From assembly GCA_964344965.1 (NCBI GenBank), contig CAYFPJ010000003.1, forward strand, positions 22,280 through 86,279: a DNA stretch of 64,000 bases. Reading direction: 5' to 3'. Under the pieces are notes generated by a model. That model ran no database searches and had not been told where the DNA came from. It saw only the letters and a list, made by a program, of their open reading frames with translations. This stretch comes from an uncultured Gammaproteobacteria bacterium (GTDB taxonomy: Bacteria; Patescibacteriota; Patescibacteriia; Magasanikbacterales; UBA922). Shown here in pieces: positions 9,821 to 18,173 of this stretch (positions are counted from its first letter, which is position 1; every line of letters begins with the position of its first letter). Made by a program: the position numbers and the translations under genes.

Positions 9821-9848
9821 AAAAAACCGAGTTGAGCTCGGTTTTTTG
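9821..9848. terminator. bidirectional terminator hairpin CCGAG-ttgag-CTCGG flanked by A- and T-runs
   Basis: Seen directly. Sits at the 3' end of the minus-strand transporter gene. Confidence 0.55.
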
Positions 9849-9862
9849 ATAATTTTATTTTA

Positions 9863-10531
9863 TTATTTGGTAGCAATCGGATTGAAGTCAGTATCTTTAT
9901 CAAAGTAATCTATTTCTTCTTTTTTCTTTAGCCAATTGACTACACGATAAGTCACTGGCAGCAAGACTACTTCTAGAAGGATTTTGAAAACATAGTTGGT
10001 GATCCAGATAGTCCAGAGGAGACTCCATGGCAAGATACCAGCAAAAGCAATCAATAAGAATACAGTAGTATCAAAGAACTGTCCGACAAAAGTAGACCCA
10101 ATGGCACGAAACCAGAATCTTTTACCATCCATCTTTACTTTCAGCTTAGCAAGAACGTAGCTGTTCATGAATTCACCAAGTAAGTAAGCAGCGAGACTAC
10201 CGAGGACTATACGTGGCACTACTCCGAGAATGGCATTGTAAGAATCTTGTAATCCCCAGATTGGATCTGCTGGCAGCATGCCAACTAGCCAGAAGGTGAG
10301 GACCATCAAGAGATTCATCGCAAATCCGATCCAGATGACACGGCGAGTACGAGCATAGCCATAGACTTCGGTCAAAATATCTCCAAAGATGTAGGCAAGA
10401 GGAAAGAGGATCAGTCCACCATCGAAGCTCATCCCATTCAAAATGGCGATTTTTGTGCTGGCTATGTTAGAAAGCACTAGAATTACAGCAAATGCTGCTG
10501 TGAGGAGGTCAAGATGTTTGAAACGGGGCAT
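9863..10531 (-). CDS. queuosine-precursor transporter, YhhQ/DUF165 family
   Basis: Polytopic membrane protein of ~220 aa with FPLAYIFGDILTEVYGY, characteristic of the YhhQ family. Located next to queuosine genes. Confidence 0.6.
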   Translation of the reverse strand: MPRFKHLDLLTAAFAVILVLSNIASTKIAILNGMSFDGGLILFPLAYIFGDILTEVYGYARTRRVIWIGFAMNLLMVLTFWLVGMLPADPIWGLQDSYNAILGVVPRIVLGSLAAYLLGEFMNSYVLAKLKVKMDGKRFWFRAIGSTFVGQFFDTTVFLLIAFAGILPWSLLWTIWITNYVFKILLEVVLLPVTYRVVNWLKKKEEIDYFDKDTDFNPIATK

Positions 10532-10615
10532 AGGGATTAAGTATTAATATTGTGTAGAGCAGTATTTGTCCTGCAGGACAAATATCATATTTGGTATTTT
10601 TACTTTAAAAAGTTG

Positions 10616-10948
10616 TTATCTAGAAGATCTCTGCGCTACTTTTGTTGCTATGTCTGCCACAACTGTTCTAAAAATCCCATGAAGCATACTTTCACCATCT
10701 TCGTTGAGCAATATCGGCCGCATAAATTCAATCTCCAATTTTTTCATTATAGATGGATCCCCTTTAGTTTGTATTAAGGCTGTTACTGCTGTATCAATTA
10801 TTTCATTAAAAACTTCATTTCCTACTTCCTTATTAGGTTTAGAACCGTGTACTACTGTAACATCATTTTGAAAACGATCTTTAAGTTCACTAAACTTGGT
10901 TGATACTTCTTGTACTACTCTTTTTTCATGTCCAAATTCTCTGTCCAT
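10616..10948 (-). CDS. hypothetical protein (~110 aa). The ORF-track extension to 10990 reads into repeat A, so the likely start is MDREF
   Basis: The first 14 codons of the tracked ORF are encoded by the repeat (atgcaagcatcgagg...). No motif recognised. Confidence 0.35.
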   Translation of the reverse strand: MDREFGHEKRVVQEVSTKFSELKDRFQNDVTVVHGSKPNKEVGNEVFNEIIDTAVTALIQTKGDPSIMKKLEIEFMRPILLNEDGESMLHGIFRTVVADIATKVAQRSSR

Positions 10949-10955
10949 AATTTTA

Positions 10956-11102
10956 AATCTTAAAGTGGTTTTATTCCTCGATGCTTGCATCGAAAAGGTG
11001 AAGGCTGATATTGGCCGAAATAAATATTTACTGCCAATACCCCGTAGCTCTGCTACGGGGATGGCCAGATTAAATCTTACTTAAACCAAATTTACTTTTA
11101 TT
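10956..11102. repeat. 145-bp dispersed repeat, family A copy 1 (diverged copy)
   Basis: About 85-90% identical to copies at 11502-11646 and 38941-39085. The CCCCGYAGC..GCTRCGGGG hairpin is kept by compensatory substitutions. Confidence 0.8.
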
Positions 11103-11201
11103 CTTAAATTATTGAAATTATACCATGATTGACAAGTTTTGTAAATCTACATTAAAATATTAAAGTCCGATATAATTTTGTCTTTTTACCATCTGTATAA
11201 T

Positions 11202-11483
11202 TTATGTTTTAATATACTTTAAATCTTCTTCACTTATGCGAAAGCCTCCATTCTCTCCAATTCTTTTCTTAATATAATTTTCATAATCTTCATCTGTGAG
11301 TGCTTGTTTAGCAATTTTTTGAGCTTCATTTGCTATTACCATCATTGATTTTTCTTGAGCTGCTCTTGCAAAGGATCTGCCAAAGAGTCCTATATCAAGT
11401 CTGATCTGTGTTTCTCTATCTTTATAAAAATCAATACGTCTTTGGAGTTTTTGTTTTTCTTCGTCGTTTCTTGTTTTTTTCAT
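11202..11483 (-). CDS. hypothetical small protein (93 aa), charged/helical
   Basis: ORF only. Flanked on both sides by family A repeats. Confidence 0.35.
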   Translation of the reverse strand: MKKTRNDEEKQKLQRRIDFYKDRETQIRLDIGLFGRSFARAAQEKSMMVIANEAQKIAKQALTDEDYENYIKKRIGENGGFRISEEDLKYIKT

Positions 11484-11501
11484 TTTTGTATTTATTTTTT
11501 T

Positions 11502-11646
11502 AATCTTTAAGCGGTTTTATTCCTCGATGCTTGCATCGAAAAAGTGAAAACTAACATTGGTTGAAATAAGATTTTCTGCCAATACCCCGCAGCTTGCTGC
11601 GGGGATGGCCCGATGAAGTCTTACTTAAACCAAATTTACTTTTATT
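11502..11646. repeat. 145-bp dispersed repeat, family A copy 2
   Basis: Near-identical to 38941-39085. It overlaps the last 20 codons of the 473-aa ORF. Confidence 0.85.
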
Positions 11647-12972
11647 TTTTGTCGCACAATCGTCCAATTCAATCTTTAATATCTCTGCTAAGCCGTCGAT
11701 GCATGACTCAATGGTATCACATCTATGTGAAGGTGCTCCGCGTAATGTCCAGCCAAAATCTATTAATCCTTCTTCTAGTTCATATCTTTTATTATCAACG
11801 ACAGTTATATTTTCTTTTTCACCTACATAGCTTAACATTACCTCCTCCCCTGCCCTCAAAGCATCAAAAGCTCTCCTTTCGGTCAGGTCGAGTTTGAAAG
11901 GAGAATCATCAAAAATTTTCTCTCTCGCGCTTTGTTTTTGCTCATCACTAATCACGAAATTGTTTTTTATGATGTCTTCTGGAGAGACACGATCTCCTTT
12001 TTTTATTTTCCCATCGTGTTCAATTTCTAATTTGTAAAAATGAGAATCTGCTGTCTGTAGATAGACTGGCATGTCTTGCCTATTGGCGTAAACTGTCAAG
12101 TTGTGTGCGTGGGAAAGGACTTCTTCTCTGTCCTTGCCATACGTATCTGTTGCAATGGTAGTCCAAGTTGGATTTAAAAGATCTTCGTGCACATATATAC
12201 CAGCAATACTTGGATCAGATATGATAATTTCGTTGTAATCACCGTCTTGTTTTTGTGTGATTGCTGTTGATATTTCTTTTTCAATATCTTCGGGATCTAG
12301 GTATCCTGACATTCGTGCTGTTCCTCTGGCACTTGCACCTGCATCATGTCTATTTGCATTTTTTACTACACCGCCATTTAGTAAAACCCCCATTTTATAA
12401 AATGTTTTATCTTTGGTTTCCGGGTCATCTCTGACACTGCTAGTTGAAATTTCAGGGGCAAGTCCAATAAGTACAGAGAGCCGTTCTTTCCACGTTGCTT
12501 CTTTTAACATAACAGTATTTGCTCTTGTTTTAGTAGCTGCAAAGCCATGAGTCAAAAATATATTATATTTTTTGATTACTTCTTTTACATCGTATGTCTT
12601 ATGACTCTTTTCACGCTTTTCTGTGGTTAGAAGTTCAAGTTCAGACGCCATGACGTCTGTTCTATCCATTCCAGATGATACTCTTGTTACTTCATTAAAT
12701 TCTGTCTCTAATTCTAACAAGGTTTTTCTCTCTCTTTCAAGATCTTTAGATAGTTTGCGTATCTTAAAATAGTTTAATATTTCACCTAAAATTTTTATTT
12801 TTAATAGAGTAATCCTTTGCTCAAGATTTTCAATGTCCCTTCGTATTTGTTCAGAAAGTTTTTTGTCTCTTTCGTCTTTAGTATCTTTCCCTGTTCTCCC
12901 CATGACAGATTCCATACCATTTTTTAATTCTCTAGACGATATATGTGTATCTTGTGTAAGATTTTTATCCAT
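11551..12972 (-). CDS. hypothetical protein (473 aa): N-terminal coiled coil plus a globular C-terminal domain. Its C-terminal 20 aa are encoded by repeat A
   Basis: Long ORF immediately downstream of tgt (4-bp spacer), probably co-transcribed. No motif recognised. Confidence 0.45.
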   Translation of the reverse strand: MDKNLTQDTHISSRELKNGMESVMGRTGKDTKDERDKKLSEQIRRDIENLEQRITLLKIKILGEILNYFKIRKLSKDLERERKTLLELETEFNEVTRVSSGMDRTDVMASELELLTTEKREKSHKTYDVKEVIKKYNIFLTHGFAATKTRANTVMLKEATWKERLSVLIGLAPEISTSSVRDDPETKDKTFYKMGVLLNGGVVKNANRHDAGASARGTARMSGYLDPEDIEKEISTAITQKQDGDYNEIIISDPSIAGIYVHEDLLNPTWTTIATDTYGKDREEVLSHAHNLTVYANRQDMPVYLQTADSHFYKLEIEHDGKIKKGDRVSPEDIIKNNFVISDEQKQSAREKIFDDSPFKLDLTERRAFDALRAGEEVMLSYVGEKENITVVDNKRYELEEGLIDFGWTLRGAPSHRCDTIESCIDGLAEILKIELDDCATKNKSKFGLSKTSSGHPRSKLRGIGRKSYFNQC

Positions 12973-12978
12973 ATTATT

Positions 12979-14325
12979 TTATTGTGTCCACTCTTTCTTC
13001 ATTTCTAAAAATTTATTTTCTCGAATTTTTTCTCGGACCCTTTTCATCAAGTTTAACATAAAATGTAGATTGTGTATTGTGGCTAGTCTATAGGCGAGCA
13101 TTTCTCCTGCTTTGAACAGGTGATGGAGGTATTGACGAGAATGGTTTTGGCAAGTGAAGCAGGTGCAAGTTGGGTCGATTGGGTTGGGATCATTGCGGTG
13201 TTTTGTGTTGCGGATGTTGAGGGTATATTTTTTTTCTTTCAACGAAGAACCCCCCTTTATCCCCCCTACAAGGGGGGAAATATAGAGAGTACCATTTCTG
13301 GCGATGCGGGTGGGGGAGACGCAGTCGAACATGTCGACGCCGCGTTCGACAACTTCGAAGAGGTCTAGCGGAGAGTGTCCTACTCCCATAGTGTAGTGAG
13401 GTTTTTCTTTGGGAATTATAGGATTGACCCAGTCAAGGATTTGTTTGGTTGCCTCCATATTGTAACCAACACTTTCTCCACCAATGGCAATGCCATCAAA
13501 ATCAAGTGATGAAATGAATTTTGCGCTTTCTTCACGGAGATGTTTGTGATTGGCGCCTTGGATTATGCCAAAGAGAAATTTTTTATGAGTTGCAGACCCA
13601 AGAGACCCCTCCCGCACTCGCTTCGCTCGTGTCGACCTCCCCTCAGAGGGGAGGTTAACTCGCTGTAGTTTGGTATGTTCGATAAGACAGCGGCGAGCCC
13701 AGTCGTGAGTTCTTTCCATTGCTTTTTTTGTATATTTTTCATTAGCATCATCTGGGGTACATTCGTCAAAAGCCATGATGATGTCTGCTCCAATCTTGTG
13801 CTGTATATTTATTGCTTCTTCTGGAGTGAAGCGGTGTGTCGATCCGTCTATGTGGGAACGGAATGTGACACCGTCGTTGTCTATTTTGACTAGTTTTGTT
13901 TGATTGTTGGTTTGTGTTGGTGGGGTGTTACTCGATTCCAGCGAAGACCCCTCCCGCACTCGTTTCGCTCGTGTCGACCTCCCCTTATAGGGGGGGTTAT
14001 TTACTTGCTTTCTTACTTTTTCCTTACCAAGAGAGAACACCTGAAAGCCTCCTGAATCTGTTAGGACCGGCCGATCCCAGTTCATGAATTTATGGATTCC
14101 TCCAGAATCGGCAATTAGATTTTCTCCGGGTCGAAGATGAAGATGGTAAGTGTTGGCAAGAATGATTTGAGCGTCAATATTTTTCAAATCTTCGTTATCA
14201 AGAGATTTGACGGTGGCTTGGGTTCCGACTGGCATGAAGATCGGTGTTTCAACATCACCATGATCAGTATGGAGTATTCCTGTTCTTGCTAGACAGTTTT
14301 TTTCTTGATGTGTTATTTCAAACAT
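12979..14325 (-). CDS. tgt: queuine tRNA-ribosyltransferase, with three in-frame repeat-derived insertions (448 aa against ~370-385 typical)
   Basis: Tgt blocks FMPVGTQATVK, LTDSGGFQVFSL, IMAFDEC, GIAIGG, MFDCV and zinc site CxC..C are all present. Confidence 0.85.
   Translation of the reverse strand: MFEITHQEKNCLARTGILHTDHGDVETPIFMPVGTQATVKSLDNEDLKNIDAQIILANTYHLHLRPGENLIADSGGIHKFMNWDRPVLTDSGGFQVFSLGKEKVRKQVNNPPYKGRSTRAKRVREGSSLESSNTPPTQTNNQTKLVKIDNDGVTFRSHIDGSTHRFTPEEAINIQHKIGADIIMAFDECTPDDANEKYTKKAMERTHDWARRCLIEHTKLQRVNLPSEGRSTRAKRVREGSLGSATHKKFLFGIIQGANHKHLREESAKFISSLDFDGIAIGGESVGYNMEATKQILDWVNPIIPKEKPHYTMGVGHSPLDLFEVVERGVDMFDCVSPTRIARNGTLYISPLVGGIKGGSSLKEKKYTLNIRNTKHRNDPNPIDPTCTCFTCQNHSRQYLHHLFKAGEMLAYRLATIHNLHFMLNLMKRVREKIRENKFLEMKKEWTQ
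13246..13282. repeat. GC hairpin micro-repeat (CCCCCC-tacaa-GGGGGG) inserted in frame in tgt (encodes PLVGGIKGGSS)
   Basis: Same hairpin type as 49689-49709 and 37897-37917. Absent from the Tgt alignment recalled from memory. Confidence 0.6.
13604..13660. repeat. GC-rich palindromic element (agacccctcccgcactcg..gtcgacctcccct-cag-aggggagg) in frame in tgt (encodes SEGRSTRAKRVREGS)
   Basis: ~93% identical to 13944-14000. Related to the intergenic copies at 37979-38010 and 49789-49820. Confidence 0.7.
13944..14000. repeat. GC-rich palindromic element, second in-frame copy in tgt (encodes KGRSTRAKRVREGS)
   Basis: Direct sequence comparison with 13604-13660. Confidence 0.7.
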
Positions 14326-14502
14326 ATGTATGATTCTAATCTACAAATTTTATCCGAATCCTTCGACTTTGTTCAGGACAGGTTCTACAGAAAGTACAAA
14401 TTTACGAATATATTGGAGTTTAGCTTATTTTAGGATAATTTTCAATCTTTTGCTTTTGCATCGCAAATTGCTAGATTATCAAATTGTTGTTAACATATCT
14501 TT

Positions 14503-15315
14503 ATGAAGAGGAAAGATTACACTCTATTTAATCTACTTTGTCTATTTTTGATAGTATTTTTTGGTGTTGGTACATATTATGTTTGGCAAAATGGTGAGCC
14601 AATCGACTATACAAAGCAAGTGGCAGATGTCCCTACTATTGCTTATCAAGACAGTACTTTAGCATCTAAACACTTAAACACCTCAACACCTAATCAAGTC
14701 GGCACTTTGGACATTGATCAGCCTAACGAGATTAATACAGACAAAAGTTCTTTACCAACAGAAATAAATTTGGAGGTTCCATTTACATCTCAAGCACCAG
14801 AAAAAAATTGGGATCAGCCGTGGCAAGATGCCTGCGAGGAGGCGGCGGTACTTATGCTTGATGCTTATTATAATAATTATGGACTAAGTGTGTTGTCAGC
14901 CAAAGATGAAATTTTGAAAATGGTAAATTGGCAAGAAGAGCTTGGATGGGGAAGAAGTATCCCTATTGAGAAAGTAGAAAAGCTTGTCGAAGAGTTTAAG
15001 ACTCAAGATTTAAGATTTAAGATTATTACCAACCCCACTGTCCAAGAAATAAAAAGATATATTGCCAGTGGGCATCCTGTGCTAGCTGTCGCTTCTGGTA
15101 AAAAGCTACCTAATCCGCATTTCCGGAACGATGGGCCAGAATATCACGCTCTCATTATTCGTGGGTACACGGAAGATAGTTTTATTACCAATGACCCAGG
15201 TACTCAGTTTGGCAAAAATTTTCAATACAAGTATAATGATCTCATAAATGCCATCCACGATTGGAATGACGGAGACGTAGAATCTGGTCAGAGAGTCATA
15301 TTGGTGGCGGAGTGA
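14503..15315 (+). CDS. membrane-anchored C39-like (papain-fold) peptidase domain protein (putative)
   Basis: N-terminal TM. The QAPEKNWDQPWQDACEEAAVLML block resembles the Peptidase_C39_2 catalytic Cys region, and a His lies near the C-terminus. Confidence 0.4.
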   Translation: MKRKDYTLFNLLCLFLIVFFGVGTYYVWQNGEPIDYTKQVADVPTIAYQDSTLASKHLNTSTPNQVGTLDIDQPNEINTDKSSLPTEINLEVPFTSQAPEKNWDQPWQDACEEAAVLMLDAYYNNYGLSVLSAKDEILKMVNWQEELGWGRSIPIEKVEKLVEEFKTQDLRFKIITNPTVQEIKRYIASGHPVLAVASGKKLPNPHFRNDGPEYHALIIRGYTEDSFITNDPGTQFGKNFQYKYNDLINAIHDWNDGDVESGQRVILVAE

Positions 15316-15438
15316 GGTTTGCCTGTCCGGCGTAGCTTTCTTGTCCTTCGTAGTTCTAACAAAGGGGGTAGCGAAGCCGGAGAACGGTGGTGATGTGGAT
15401 GGTGGTCGAAAAGTTATATTAGTAATTGATAAATAAAT

Positions 15439-15948
15439 ATGACTAGAAAAAAATTAGGAAGAGATGGTGTGCATAAGGAATGGTTGGCTAATCTACCAGA
15501 GAGACATCGACTCACTGATTTACAGGATGATTTGACGAACAGTTATTGGAGAAGTAGAAGGATTCACCATTTTGGTCGTGAAGGTGATGATGGTTATTTG
15601 AGCGGCGAAGCTAAGAAGAAAGGTTGGCTTGATGAAAATGGTAGCCTGACGAGAGAAGGAGCTTTGGAAATACTACGAAGACAAGATGAGGAGAGAGAAA
15701 AAGCCCTGAAAGATGCAAACAAAAAGAAACAAAAAAAAGGTGCAGAAACAAAACAACCATCTAGGGGAGATGTCATCAGACGGTTATTGGAAAGTTTTGG
15801 TATAAAGAAAGCAAGAGTTAGAAGAAACAGGAAGAAGGATAATGGTTATACAATTTCAATTCCAGATATGGATGTTAATTTCACCATAGGCTCTAATGTT
15901 CCCGACGATAGATTAGAGGAAGAAATTCAGAGACATCTACCTCAGTAA
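15439..15948 (+). CDS. hypothetical basic/charged protein
   Basis: ORF only. Confidence 0.35.
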   Translation: MTRKKLGRDGVHKEWLANLPERHRLTDLQDDLTNSYWRSRRIHHFGREGDDGYLSGEAKKKGWLDENGSLTREGALEILRRQDEEREKALKDANKKKQKKGAETKQPSRGDVIRRLLESFGIKKARVRRNRKKDNGYTISIPDMDVNFTIGSNVPDDRLEEEIQRHLPQ

Positions 15949-16005
15949 ACCCTGGGTTGTCACAGAATATTTTTCAAATCGTTATAATAACATGAAAATC
16001 CAGCT

Positions 16006-16557
16006 ATGCATGATGCTGAGGAAATAAAAAATTTGCTAAATAGAGCAAAAAATGGAGACAAAGAGGCTTTCGGGACAGTCTACGAGTCTTATTTTACCCA
16101 AATTTATCGTTATATCTATTTTCGAGTGAAAAACAAAGAACTAGCTGAGGATTTGGTTCAAACTGTATTTATCAGAATTTTTGTAAATCTAGATTCTTTC
16201 AATCCAAAATATCCCCGCGCCTATTTTTTTACAGTAGCCAAAAATATTATCACTGATCACTGGCGAAAGAAGAAAGATATTTCATTTGACGAGACAGATG
16301 GTGTTTTTACCAATATTATGGCAGAAGGCGATGATCCTCTAGAGCAAGTAGAAAAACAAGAAAAACAAGAAAAAATTCACCAAGCACTCCAGACCCTACC
16401 AGAAGATCAAAAAGAAGCTCTTTCTCTCAGATTTATCCACCAATTTTCCAACCAAGAAATTTCTGAAGTGATGGAAAAGAAAGAGCCTGCAGTGCGACAA
16501 CTACAATCAAGGGGAATAAAAAAACTTCGTCAACATTTTAAAACAGTCGCCATATGA
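16006..16557 (+). CDS. RNA polymerase sigma factor, ECF (sigma-70 group 4) family
   Basis: Region 2 (YRYIYFRVKNKELAEDLVQTVFIRIF) and region 4 (LPEDQKEALSLRFIHQFSNQEISEVM) motifs. Confidence 0.8.
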   Translation: MHDAEEIKNLLNRAKNGDKEAFGTVYESYFTQIYRYIYFRVKNKELAEDLVQTVFIRIFVNLDSFNPKYPRAYFFTVAKNIITDHWRKKKDISFDETDGVFTNIMAEGDDPLEQVEKQEKQEKIHQALQTLPEDQKEALSLRFIHQFSNQEISEVMEKKEPAVRQLQSRGIKKLRQHFKTVAI

Positions 16558-17249
16558 ACAAATTAGATGACACAATTGAGGAAAAAGTTTTGGGTATGAT
16601 TTCTTCTGGAAAAAGTCATGAGGAAATTTTGTCGTCTTTTGTCAATGAAAGGTCTAAGGTGGAAGGTATTTTGGGAACCATAAATAGCCTAGAAGATTTT
16701 GTGGGCCCAAGCCCGGACCCTTCTTTATTGCAGGCGGCTATAGTAGAGGTAAATAAGCAGACTGTCACAAAAATGACAGAATCACGTTTAAACAATTCAG
16801 AACAAGCGCGCCTAAATAGAAGTTCTTTCATTAATTCATTAAATCAAATATTCTCTATGAGAAAATCATTTGCGTTTGCTGGCAGTGGCCTAGTCGCTAT
16901 TCTCCTTGTAGTAGGTCTCTGGTCACTGATCAGCCAAAATAGCAACACGTCATTAGTCTCGTTACCAGAATTAGAGCAGAATATTGCTTCAGAGATAGAT
17001 TCTCTAGATTCAGATCTAGAGGAATTAGACTCTTTTTTGGTGGCAGAGATAGATCTAGAATCAGATCTACTAGCATTGGCTGATTTGGAATCAGTCAGTC
17101 CAGAAGGAGTCACCTCTGGTATAGCAGATTTGGCTAGTGAGGTAGAGGCAGATCTAGACAGTCTGTTGGAGGATTTAGAAGAGTTAGAAGGATTTGAAAA
17201 TGAATCTACAGGTGATGTCGATACAGAGCTTGGAGAGTTATTTTCATAA
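16554..17249 (+). CDS. putative anti-sigma factor (single TM, acidic repetitive C-terminus)
   Basis: ATGA overlap with the sigma-factor gene. TM segment FAFAGSGLVAILLVVGLW. Confidence 0.4.
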   Translation: MNKLDDTIEEKVLGMISSGKSHEEILSSFVNERSKVEGILGTINSLEDFVGPSPDPSLLQAAIVEVNKQTVTKMTESRLNNSEQARLNRSSFINSLNQIFSMRKSFAFAGSGLVAILLVVGLWSLISQNSNTSLVSLPELEQNIASEIDSLDSDLEELDSFLVAEIDLESDLLALADLESVSPEGVTSGIADLASEVEADLDSLLEDLEELEGFENESTGDVDTELGELFS

Positions 17250-17280
17250 AGTTATCAATTAAATAATTATTAATATTATT

Positions 17281-18168
17281 ATGACTAAAAAAATATTTAT
17301 CGCTAGCCTCTTGTCTGCATTCATTTTCAGCTCATTTGCTGGCAGTGTCAGTGCTGTAGAGGCTCCTCAGGACGATCGCTTGGATCGATCTAGGTTTATC
17401 CACAGTGAAAAGGCAGAGGAATTAAAAGAAGCTGAAGCTCGTGCCAGAGGTCTTCATATCAAAATTGGACAAGAGCAAAAAGACGCAGTTGATAGGGTGT
17501 TATCCCCTCAAGATGATCGTCTAGACCGCAGACGCTATCTCAATGCCAAGTCTCAGTACCAAAATACAGTACAAGAGTACAGACTCTCTAAAGATCAATT
17601 GTTGGAAGCAAGAGAGCGCTATCTCAACTCAAAAGATGAAGACAAAAGACAAGAATTACAAGAAAGAATAGTTAATTATCTAAGTAAGACTGTCGAGTCT
17701 CTGGTGCACAGATTGAACCGCATCAAGGTGTGGGTCAGTGGTAATCAAAAAATCAGTGCTAATGCTAAAGCCGACATTTTAGATGATCTAGACAATGAAA
17801 TTGCTTATCTCAACAACTTGGTTGCCAACTCTGATGATAAGTCTATCCAAGAGTTACAAGAGATTGCAAATACAGTAAAAAATCGTTTGACCAACTATAA
17901 CGAAATAGTAAGAAACGTTGTAAATAAAGCCAAGAGCTCTCAGATTGATAATGCCTGGACAAAAGTGAATAATTTGTTTGATCGTCTTGTGAGCCATGTC
18001 AACAAGTTCGAAGAAAAAGGTCTTGATGTGTCTACAGCAAGAGAAATGCTGGCTAGCGTGCAAGAAAAATTGTCAGGTGAAAAAACCAGAGAAGCAGTTT
18101 TGGAAGCTTACAAAGAACTACGTATTTTGGCCAACCACCTAAAGAGTGTGGCATCTTCCAATCAATAA
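17281..18168 (+). CDS. secreted coiled-coil protein (signal peptide)
   Basis: Signal peptide MTKKIFIASLLSAFIFSSFAGSVSA. Heptad-like charged repeats. Confidence 0.4.
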   Translation: MTKKIFIASLLSAFIFSSFAGSVSAVEAPQDDRLDRSRFIHSEKAEELKEAEARARGLHIKIGQEQKDAVDRVLSPQDDRLDRRRYLNAKSQYQNTVQEYRLSKDQLLEARERYLNSKDEDKRQELQERIVNYLSKTVESLVHRLNRIKVWVSGNQKISANAKADILDDLDNEIAYLNNLVANSDDKSIQELQEIANTVKNRLTNYNEIVRNVVNKAKSSQIDNAWTKVNNLFDRLVSHVNKFEEKGLDVSTAREMLASVQEKLSGEKTREAVLEAYKELRILANHLKSVASSNQ

Positions 18169-18173
18169 TTAGC

